Of a stretch of 64,000 nucleotides of DNA, positions 39,430 through 46,881 are shown in pieces. Position 1 is the first letter of the stretch; every line of letters begins with the position of its first letter. The position numbers and the translations under genes are program-made. The stretch is taken from the NCBI GenBank assembly GCA_026388415.1, contig JAPLJV010000006.1, positions 48,556 to 112,555 of the forward strand, read 5' to 3'. Origin of the DNA: Deltaproteobacteria bacterium. Its GTDB lineage: Bacteria; Desulfobacterota; Syntrophia; Syntrophales; JACQWR01. The notes below the pieces were generated by a model that saw nothing but the letters and a program-made list of their open reading frames with translations, did not search any database and was not told the DNA's origin.

Positions 39430-40058
39430 TGGCAATCAGCTATGCCATCCAGGCGGCGGTGGTGGACATCAAAGCAGATTCTCCGAACTCAAAGGACGTC
39501 TTCTTCGTTGACACGAATGTCTGGTATTGGATGACCTATCCGAACGCCGCCACTGGCGCATTTCCGGGCCAGTTGTCAGATTATCCGGCCTTCGTCAATC
39601 GCGTGTTGGCCGCGGGAGCGAAGATTTGCCACTCGGGCCTTTCCCTGGCTGAACTATCTCACCTGATTGAAAAAACGGGGCGCGAAATCTATATTAAAAC
39701 GACTGGTGATATCAAAACCAAGGAATACCGGCACAATCTGCCCGGCGAGCGTTCCCGTGTGGCATCTGATGTGGAGGCTGCATGGGGGCAGGTGAAATCC
39801 CTCTCTTCACCTCTTGTCTTGACCGTGGACGAGAAGACAACGGATGCCTCTCTGGATCGTTTTCGGACAGAGAAGCTGGACGGCTATGATCTTTTCATTC
39901 TTGAAACCATGAAGAATAATGGTTTGGTCAAGATCATCACCGATGACGGAGATTTCGCGACGGTTTCCGGGATAGAGGTATTTACCGCAAATCGGAATAT
40001 TCTGCTTGCGGCCCGTGCGCAAGACAAACTATTGATGAGAATCAACAATGCCCCGTGA
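39429..40058 (+). CDS. PIN-like nuclease domain protein
   Basis: Acidic quartet in PIN-like spacing: FFVDTNVW, LAELSHLIEK, DGYDLFILE, IITDDGDF. The start ATG shares its A with the upstream TAA. Confidence 0.55.
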   Translation: MAISYAIQAAVVDIKADSPNSKDVFFVDTNVWYWMTYPNAATGAFPGQLSDYPAFVNRVLAAGAKICHSGLSLAELSHLIEKTGREIYIKTTGDIKTKEYRHNLPGERSRVASDVEAAWGQVKSLSSPLVLTVDEKTTDASLDRFRTEKLDGYDLFILETMKNNGLVKIITDDGDFATVSGIEVFTANRNILLAARAQDKLLMRINNAP

Positions 40059-40065
40059 TGAAGGA

Positions 40066-40195
40066 ATGAATAATTTGATTAGGACAATCTTCTGGCAGGA
40101 CGATGCCGTCGTGATGATCAATTAGCGGGCGCTGCCGATTGTGGAGCGGCATGTCACCTGCAACGATTACCGTGAGGTCATCGCTGGGGGAATTC
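40066..40195 (+). pseudogene. mtnA: 5' fragment of methylthioribose-1-phosphate isomerase (mtnA/eIF-2B family) with an in-frame TAG
   Basis: MNNLIRTIFWQDDAVVMIN*RALPIVERHVTCNDYREVIAGG matches the conserved MtnA N-terminus (..W.DG.v.miDQR.LP.e..yv.c.dy.eVa.AI). Similarity is lost after about 40195. Confidence 0.55.
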
Positions 40196-40252
40196 CGGGG
40201 AAAGTACACTTAATTATTTACATAGGAAGCTAAAAACTTATAATGATTATAC

Positions 40253-40531
40253 ATGGCAAGAATAGCAAGAATAGTAGCTCCGCTGATGCCGCATCATATT
40301 ACACAAAGAGGCAATAGACGGCAGGATACATTATTAGTGTCTCCTTTTGTCTAAAGAATATCCTCAATCCCGTTGCGCTGGATCATATTCAGAAGTTCCC
40401 ATTGTCGCGTTGGTCACGTTTTTCAGGGCCGCTATCGGGCGATTATGGTGGAAAAGGATGCCTACCTGCTGGAGTTGATGAGATATGTAGTGACCCCTGC
40501 GTCCTATGCTGCGGTCTTCATCGCCCGGTAG
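40253..40531 (+). pseudogene. decayed REP-associated tyrosine transposase (RAYT / IS200-like)
   Basis: MARIARIVAPLMPHHITQRGNRRQDTLL* matches the RAYT N-terminus. Further on, a second frame reads ...HVFQGRYRAIMVEKDAYLLELMRYV... The gene is therefore truncated and frame-broken. Confidence 0.55.
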
Positions 40532-40550
40532 GGTTGGATCTATGAAATTT

Positions 40551-41411
40551 CTAATCTCTTCCTGACCCTTCTTTCCAGAAGCCGAAGAGGTCATAGGCGT
40601 TCTGGAAACCAATCAGTTGCATAATATCCGGGTCATTGATGAGCCGGCTGATCGCATCGAAATTACTCCTTATCCCCGGGACCCCGGGGAAATCGGAACC
40701 GAAAAGGAATTTTTCCGGAAACCGCTTAAATTTTGGAAAGTACTGCAGAAGATTCTGGGGCGGCAGTCCTGAGACATCAATATAGACATTTCTGAACGTC
40801 CGGGCAAGATATTCCGCGATCTCATACCAGAATCCTCGACCGCCATGACAAAGCACTACTTTGAGATCGGGAAAATCGCTGATGATGTCGTCAAAGGTGT
40901 AGGGATCGGCATACCTCATCTTGGCGCCTTTGAAGACGCTTGTCCCGGCATGGAATAAAACAGGCAGTCCGGCCTGGGCGCATTGTTCATAGATGGGGTA
41001 GAGGCGGCGGTCATTGGCGAAAAACATCCCGTGGACCGAATGTATCTTGAGCCCGCGCGCCCCCCCGGCCAGTTGTTCGGCAAAAGCTCCGGACAGATCT
41101 TCCTGGTAATGGGGATTCAGATTGGCGATGGGGATAAGCTCCGGGTGGAAGGCATTAATTTCAGCCGCCCGCTCGAAGGGCATGACGCCGGCGGTTCCCG
41201 GCGAGTATTCCGGGATAAGAATGCCGCCCACGACGCCCTCGTCCTTGATAACGTCGCCATAGGGTTCAGGCAGTTGGCGCCCGTCACCGTCAAAGAGACT
41301 GGGCACATAAGGCCCCGTGTCCATCCAGAGGGCCTTGGCCTTGTCAGTCCATTCAAATCTGTGACCTACATGGATGTGGATGTCAATTATCTTTTCCATT
41401 TTCTGCCTCAA
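40551..41411 (-). CDS. amidohydrolase-family (TIM-barrel metal-dependent) hydrolase
   Basis: IIDIHIHVGH metal-binding start, HAGTS and LCHGG motifs. Confidence 0.65.
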   Translation of the reverse strand: MRQKMEKIIDIHIHVGHRFEWTDKAKALWMDTGPYVPSLFDGDGRQLPEPYGDVIKDEGVVGGILIPEYSPGTAGVMPFERAAEINAFHPELIPIANLNPHYQEDLSGAFAEQLAGGARGLKIHSVHGMFFANDRRLYPIYEQCAQAGLPVLFHAGTSVFKGAKMRYADPYTFDDIISDFPDLKVVLCHGGRGFWYEIAEYLARTFRNVYIDVSGLPPQNLLQYFPKFKRFPEKFLFGSDFPGVPGIRSNFDAISRLINDPDIMQLIGFQNAYDLFGFWKEGSGRD

Positions 41412-41414
41412 GAC

Positions 41415-42383
41415 TTATTCGCCAACCGGGGCATATAAAATACGACTCTCATTTTTTATCTCGCAGATGTCCCCGGTGCTGACCAGTTCGACCAGATGCA
41501 CGTAAGTCTCGTGGAGCGCCAGAAATTGATCAAATTCCGGCAGGGAGCTGCCAAAAATATCCTGCGAAACCTGGAAGGTAGTCTTCGGCCCCGTCTTTAC
41601 TGATTTTAAGGCCAATTCTTTCCGGATCTCATGGTGGTCAAAAAGCTCGCTGATCCTGGCCTGCAAATTGGCAAAAGGTCTGCCATGGGCAGGATAGACT
41701 CTGGTTGCGGGAAACTCTCGAAGCAGTTCGAGAGATGCCAAAAAGCTGCTCAAGGGTTTAAAATCAGGTGCAAAGACATCAGGGCTAAGGTTGGGGGTAA
41801 TTTCCGGCAGGACATGATCACCAGCAAGCAGAACCTGTTCCTGTGGAAAATAAAATGACACGTGATCACGGGTGTGTCCCGGTGTTGGTATGGCCTGAAA
41901 TTCCCATTTGCCGAAACTCTGGAGTTCATGAGGCTGCAAGTAGCGATCAATGTGAAAAGGACCGGCAATCTCCTCCCGGGTACTTAAAAGCAGGTTTAAG
42001 ATGCCTTTGGTGGCGTCCTGGGGAAGGCCATGCCTGATGCAGAGATCTTTGACAAGCTGAATCTCCCTATCACTCCGGATAGTAAAGGGCTGACTTAACT
42101 CGGACATATGGATTTCCGCACCCGACATTTTCTTGATCCGGCCGGCCATGCCGCAATGATCAAAATGGTGGTGCGTGATAAAAACCTGAACGATATCCTG
42201 TACCTTTTTCCCGATTCTCCGCAGGGCGGTCTCGAGAGTCAACAAATTTTCCGGCGTATCCAGACCTGTGTCGAACAAGGCCGCCTGGTCACCATGACAC
42301 AGGAGAAAAACATGCACATGCTGTAGCCGAAAGGGCATGGGCAGTGTAATCATGTAAAAATCATTCACAATTTCTTCTATCAA
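41415..42383 (-). CDS. MBL-fold metallo-hydrolase
   Basis: ITHHHFDHCG (HxHxDH) motif. It lies 3 nt from the downstream amidohydrolase gene. Confidence 0.75.
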   Translation of the reverse strand: MIEEIVNDFYMITLPMPFRLQHVHVFLLCHGDQAALFDTGLDTPENLLTLETALRRIGKKVQDIVQVFITHHHFDHCGMAGRIKKMSGAEIHMSELSQPFTIRSDREIQLVKDLCIRHGLPQDATKGILNLLLSTREEIAGPFHIDRYLQPHELQSFGKWEFQAIPTPGHTRDHVSFYFPQEQVLLAGDHVLPEITPNLSPDVFAPDFKPLSSFLASLELLREFPATRVYPAHGRPFANLQARISELFDHHEIRKELALKSVKTGPKTTFQVSQDIFGSSLPEFDQFLALHETYVHLVELVSTGDICEIKNESRILYAPVGE

Positions 42384-42591
42384 GGTTCAGAATCATCCTC
42401 TCGCAAGCAACCCTTTTAAATCCGTCCGCAGTCTTATTCCATTTACATGCCTCTTTGTCCAGTAGAATCGGAATTGGGGAACACGCACCAAACATAAAAC
42501 CTTGACAATTAATAGACCTTCAATTAGTTTGTGCGGCACATATTTAAATTGATGCGACGAAGCAAACGTCGTTACGAGAGGGGGGAGGAAC

Positions 42592-43002
42592 ATGATCGGC
42601 GTACTCATAACAGCCCATGGCAACCTGGGAGGTGAATTATTAAAAGCTGTTGAATTGATAAAAGGAAATATTAAAGGCGTTCTCCAGTTGTCTATGGATC
42701 AGACAAAGGGAGTGGAGGAGTTAAAGAAGGAAATCGGAAGCGCGATTAAAAAACTGGATCAGGGGCAAGGCGTACTGATTTTGACCGATCTTTTCGGCGG
42801 GACACCGTCCAATATCGCCCTTTCCTTCCTGAAACCGGGCAAAGTGGAGGTGGTAACGGGAGTCAACCTCCCCATGTTGCTGAAGCTCTCGGAGATGCGG
42901 GAGGGCGCCACTCTGCATGATTATGCCGTCCATGTCAGAGATTACGGCATGAAGAACATCTATCTGGCCAGTGAGATATTAAATAAGAAGTTGGCGGTTT
43001 AA
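42592..43002 (+). CDS. PTS mannose/fructose/sorbose-family EIIA component
   Basis: MIGVLITAHG start with the phosphorylatable His, and DLFGGTPSN. Confidence 0.8.
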   Translation: MIGVLITAHGNLGGELLKAVELIKGNIKGVLQLSMDQTKGVEELKKEIGSAIKKLDQGQGVLILTDLFGGTPSNIALSFLKPGKVEVVTGVNLPMLLKLSEMREGATLHDYAVHVRDYGMKNIYLASEILNKKLAV

Positions 43003-43007
43003 AGTTA

Positions 43008-43529
43008 TTGATATCTATGGACATAACGCTTGTCAGAGTAGATAATCGGCTGATTCACGGTCAGATTTTAGAAGCCTGGCTGCCCTTCACCCAAGCCTCC
43101 TGCATTATGGTTGTTAATGATGAGGTGGCCGACGATTTTTTCCGGGAAACAGTCATCAGGATGGCGGTCCCGCGGGATATAGAAGTAATTATCAGCGGGG
43201 TGCAGGACTTTGCCCGGGATTTCACTTACGCCACCGGGCAGGGCAAGAAAGCCATCGTGCTCTTCTCTACCATTGCCGATGCCTGTAAAGCCTTTAGCGC
43301 CGGGTTCAAATTTAAAAAGCTCAACCTGGGCAATGTCCATCATGAGCATGGCGAGGGAGAGGGAGTCCGCTGTTCATCATGTATATTCCTTGATAACAAT
43401 GATATGCAATGCGTCCTGAACCTGATGGATGCTGACGGTGTTCGGGTGGAACTGCAGCGGGTACCTCAGGAGGAGCCGGTGGATGCGCGGGACATTATGC
43501 CCAAGTCGTTATGTCTGAAATGCAGGTAA
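43008..43529 (+). CDS. PTS mannose-family EIIB component
   Basis: VRVDNRLIHGQ motif. The ATG at 43017 is the likelier start. Confidence 0.78.
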   Translation: MISMDITLVRVDNRLIHGQILEAWLPFTQASCIMVVNDEVADDFFRETVIRMAVPRDIEVIISGVQDFARDFTYATGQGKKAIVLFSTIADACKAFSAGFKFKKLNLGNVHHEHGEGEGVRCSSCIFLDNNDMQCVLNLMDADGVRVELQRVPQEEPVDARDIMPKSLCLKCR

Positions 43530-43535
43530 TTCTCC

Positions 43536-44231
43536 ATGGCGATAAAAATTATCCTTCTTTCCCTGTTGGGAGGCATCCTGTCGCTGGACAGGGCAGGGGC
43601 GCAATTCATGATCTCCCGTCCCATAGTTGCCGCCCCTCTGGCCGGATTCATGCTCGGCGATCCCTACACGGGGTTGCAGGCCGGGGCCTTGCTCGAGCTT
43701 TTCTGGATTGACAGGTTGCCTATCGGTACCATTGTCCCACCCAATGATTTTCTGGTCGCCTTCCTGGTGGCTTCTGCTTCTATCCTGGCCGGTCAGAATT
43801 TAGGCCATGTCTCACGGGAACTGATCGCCTTTTCCGTGCTCCTGTTCATCCCCTGCGGCTATGCGGCCCAACGTGTGGATAGTTTTATCGTCAAATCCAA
43901 TGACGCCCTCTATGACGGCGCCCTGCAGGATGCAAAGCGGGCCGATATAGGGGGGATCTTTCGCAAACACCTGTCAGGTTTGGCGAAGCATTTTTTGGCC
44001 TATTTAGCTTTAATCATGGTTTCCCTCTTCTGCGGCGTAAACTTGCTTTTGTATATCTTTCCTTTGCTGCCGATGGCCGTTGTCAATGCGCTTTCTCTGA
44101 TCTTTATTGCTCTCCCCCTGCTCGGTGTGGCCGCCGGCTTGAATACGATCAATCTGAAGGGGGCGATACCTGTGTTTTGCGCCATTTTTCTCTCCATCTC
44201 CCTGTTATGGGAACTGATTCATGTGTTTTGA
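43536..44231 (+). CDS. PTS mannose-family EIIC membrane component
   Basis: Polytopic membrane protein with the LSLDRAGAQFMISRPIVAAPLAGFMLGD IIC-type N-terminus. Confidence 0.72.
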   Translation: MAIKIILLSLLGGILSLDRAGAQFMISRPIVAAPLAGFMLGDPYTGLQAGALLELFWIDRLPIGTIVPPNDFLVAFLVASASILAGQNLGHVSRELIAFSVLLFIPCGYAAQRVDSFIVKSNDALYDGALQDAKRADIGGIFRKHLSGLAKHFLAYLALIMVSLFCGVNLLLYIFPLLPMAVVNALSLIFIALPLLGVAAGLNTINLKGAIPVFCAIFLSISLLWELIHVF

Positions 44232-44278
44232 CGGAAATATCAGACGGTCGAAAAAGAGGCGTCTGTACAGGCAGGAAT

Positions 44279-44773
44279 ATGTCAGCATATGATCCGGAGA
44301 TGCTCGTAACCAGCGCCATGGCGGCGGCAGATGTGAAAGAGGTGCTGGCCATCGAACGGGCGGTTTTTTCTGCGCCCTGGACGGAAAATATGCTTCGCCA
44401 GGAACTGTTGCTTCCCCTGGCGCGGAACCTCACGGCACGGATCGGCGGCGAGCTGATTGCCGGTTACCTGAATTTCTGGGTCATTGCCGGTGAAATTAAT
44501 CTCCACCGTATTGCCGTCCGGAAGGACCAGCAGAGAAAAGGAGTCGCCGCCGAGCTGTTAAGGGCAATGATCGGGCTGGCGCATCAGGAGGGAGCCCGGT
44601 ATGCCACCCTCGAGGTCCGGTCTGCCAATGAGCCGGCCAGGCGGTTGTATGAGCGCTTCGGTTTTGAGGTGCGGGGCATACGGCCTTTATACTATGATGA
44701 TACTAAGGAGGATGCCTTGATCATGTGGGCGGACCTTGAGAAAGGGCTGGAGGAGAAGCTGTATGACCGATAA
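44279..44773 (+). CDS. rimI: ribosomal-protein-alanine N-acetyltransferase
   Basis: GNAT motif QQRKGVAAELL and RimI-like ERAVFSAPWTE. Start taken as the ATG at 44279. Confidence 0.8.
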   Translation: MSAYDPEMLVTSAMAAADVKEVLAIERAVFSAPWTENMLRQELLLPLARNLTARIGGELIAGYLNFWVIAGEINLHRIAVRKDQQRKGVAAELLRAMIGLAHQEGARYATLEVRSANEPARRLYERFGFEVRGIRPLYYDDTKEDALIMWADLEKGLEEKLYDR

Positions 44774-45635
44774 TGAACCGACCGTGATGATCGGCCGCGT
44801 CATGATGAACAGGGAAGTGGCGCCCGGAATATTCCTGATATCCTTCCGGTTGCCGGATACTTTCCCCACGCCTGCTCCAGGCCAGTTTGTCATGATCAAG
44901 GTGGGAGATGGCCATGATCCCCTGTTGCGCAGGCCTTTCAGCATTCACGCCTTCACGCGGCCGGAAGATCATGCCGTCCTGGGAATTCTTTATAAAGTTG
45001 CCGGCCGGGGGACCAGGTTGCTTTCGTCCCTGTTGGGCGATGCGGCCGTCAGCATTATGGGGCCGCTGGGTAAGGGATTTACCTTGATACCCGCCAGAAA
45101 AAACATCCTTATCGTTGCCGGCGGGATGGGGCTCGCGCCGCTTGCCTTTCTGATTCAGCAATATCTGGATTTGATCCAACGTGATCCAAGCCACGGCGGG
45201 GAATGGGGACACCTTTTTTTGCAAGGTGTCCCCAGAATCATCTGTTACATCGGAGCGGCCACGGCGGATTCCTTGGTGGAATTGAAAAAAATAGAGGTTT
45301 GCTGCGAGGATGTCAGGATCAGCACCGACGATGGCAGTTGCGGTTACCATGGCAACGTCATTGAACTTTTCCGTCGGGAGCTGGCTTTTTATAATCCCGC
45401 TGACGCCGCCATCTATGCCTGCGGGCCGGCGGCCATGTTGAAAGCGCTGGCGAAAATTATTCCGGACGGAGACTTTTTTTGTCAGGTGTCCATGGAGGAA
45501 CGTATGGCCTGCGGTTTGGGCGCCTGTCTGGGTTGCGCCGTGGCCCGCAAAGATCAGGCCGGGCAAATGACCTATCAAAGGGTATGCAAGGACGGTCCCG
45601 TCTTCAACATCCGGGACGTGGGCTGGCAGACCTGA
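44763..45635 (+). CDS. pyrK: dihydroorotate dehydrogenase electron-transfer subunit
   Basis: FAD/NAD-binding fold with RPFS, and the C-terminal [2Fe-2S] cluster MACGLGACLGCAV. Lies upstream of pyrD. Confidence 0.85.
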   Translation: MTDNEPTVMIGRVMMNREVAPGIFLISFRLPDTFPTPAPGQFVMIKVGDGHDPLLRRPFSIHAFTRPEDHAVLGILYKVAGRGTRLLSSLLGDAAVSIMGPLGKGFTLIPARKNILIVAGGMGLAPLAFLIQQYLDLIQRDPSHGGEWGHLFLQGVPRIICYIGAATADSLVELKKIEVCCEDVRISTDDGSCGYHGNVIELFRRELAFYNPADAAIYACGPAAMLKALAKIIPDGDFFCQVSMEERMACGLGACLGCAVARKDQAGQMTYQRVCKDGPVFNIRDVGWQT

Positions 45636-45652
45636 CCCCGATAAACGGGATA

Positions 45653-45737
45653 AGTAAGTTTACGAAATTATTTTTGCGAGAAAAACGCAGAAAATAATTT
45701 CTAACTTACTAAATGTAGGGTGCGTTATTAACGCACC
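45653..45737. repeat. two intergenic palindromes (58-nt AT-rich hairpin plus GGTGCGTTA-T-TAACGCACC)
   Basis: AGTAAGTT-tac-GAAATTATTTT-TGCG-agaaaaa-CGCA-g-AAAATAATTTC-ta-AACTTACT spans 45653-45710. A 19-nt perfect palindrome lies at 45719-45737. Confidence 0.7.
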
Positions 45738-45767
45738 GAACACCTAAACAAGTTACGTGGGAAGATC

Positions 45768-46700
45768 ATGCATGAATTAACTCTGAAACCGCAAATGGGC
45801 GTAGATGTCGGGCCGCTCCATTTCAAAAATCCCCTGCTGACCGCTTCCGGTACTTTTGGCTATGGCGCCGAGTATGCGCCCTTCGTGGATCTCAACCAGT
45901 TGGGCGCCCTGATTGTCAAGGGCTTGTCTCTTTCGCCCCGGGCCGGCAATCCCCCGCCCCGGATTATGGAGACGACGGGCGGTATGTTGAACGCCATCGG
46001 TCTGGAAAATGTGGGGGTAAAGGTTTTTATCGCCGAGAAACTTCCCTTTTTGCGGGATTTTGATGTCCCCGTCATCGCCAATATCTTTGGAGAAACGGTG
46101 GCGGAATATCAGCAAGTGGCGGCGCTACTGGACCGGGCGGAGGGGGTTTGCGCCCTGGAGCTCAACATTTCCTGCCCGAATGTGAAAAAAGGAGGGGTGG
46201 CCTTTGGCGCGGACCCCGATTTGGCAGCGGAGGTGACGCGTAAAGTCAAAGAGGTCACCGCTCTGCCGCTGATCGTCAAGCTGACGCCCAACGTAACCGA
46301 TATTGCCCTGATTGCCGAAGCTGTCGAGGCGGCCGGCGCTGATGCCCTGTCGCTCATCAACACCATAACGGGGATGTCCGTGGATGCGGAGCGCCGGACG
46401 CCCCATCTGAAAAATATCACGGGCGGTCTGTCGGGACCCGCCATCAAGCCGATCGCGTTAAGGATGGTCTGGCAGGTGGTCAAGCGGGTTTCCATTCCCG
46501 TGATCGGCATCGGGGGAATAACGACGGCAAGCGACGTGATGGAGTTTCTGATCGTGGGGGCCAGGGCGGTGCAAGTAGGAACGGCCAATTTTGTCAACCC
46601 CTCCGCCGTGATGGATATTCTGGACGGGATAGAGGCATACCTCGCCAGGCATCGCCTCGCCGATATCGGCGATCTCATCGGGACACTGCAAGTAGATTGA
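45768..46700 (+). CDS. pyrD: dihydroorotate dehydrogenase B catalytic subunit
   Basis: LELNISCPN and GGITTASD motifs, 310 aa. Confidence 0.92.
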   Translation: MHELTLKPQMGVDVGPLHFKNPLLTASGTFGYGAEYAPFVDLNQLGALIVKGLSLSPRAGNPPPRIMETTGGMLNAIGLENVGVKVFIAEKLPFLRDFDVPVIANIFGETVAEYQQVAALLDRAEGVCALELNISCPNVKKGGVAFGADPDLAAEVTRKVKEVTALPLIVKLTPNVTDIALIAEAVEAAGADALSLINTITGMSVDAERRTPHLKNITGGLSGPAIKPIALRMVWQVVKRVSIPVIGIGGITTASDVMEFLIVGARAVQVGTANFVNPSAVMDILDGIEAYLARHRLADIGDLIGTLQVD

Positions 46701-46881
46701 GAAGAAACCGTCATTACTGACGACCTCGCCAAAAGTCGTCACACCGGTGAAAACCGGTGTCCAGCGCGCTTGTAACGCATTGAAATTTCTGGATTCCGGT
46801 GTTCCCCCGTCAAGCGAGGACTGAAAAGAGCACTGGAATGACAATTCTTGGGTATTTTCGACTTTTGCGAGACCGTCATTA
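46701..46881. repeat. REP/MITE-like intergenic element
   Basis: Hairpins GACGAC..GTCGTC and ACACCGGT-gaaa-ACCGGTGT. The end motif ACTTTTGCGAGACCGTCATT recurs at 49898-49918. An 11-nt direct repeat CCGTCATTACT lies at 46708 and 46873. Confidence 0.65.

Noticed and set aside
40364-40612. 82-aa minus-strand ORF
   Set aside because: It is antisense to the RAYT remnant, whose plus-strand frame gives the recognisable HVFQGRYRAIMVEKDAYLLELMRYV segment. It also runs into the amidohydrolase gene's 3' end.
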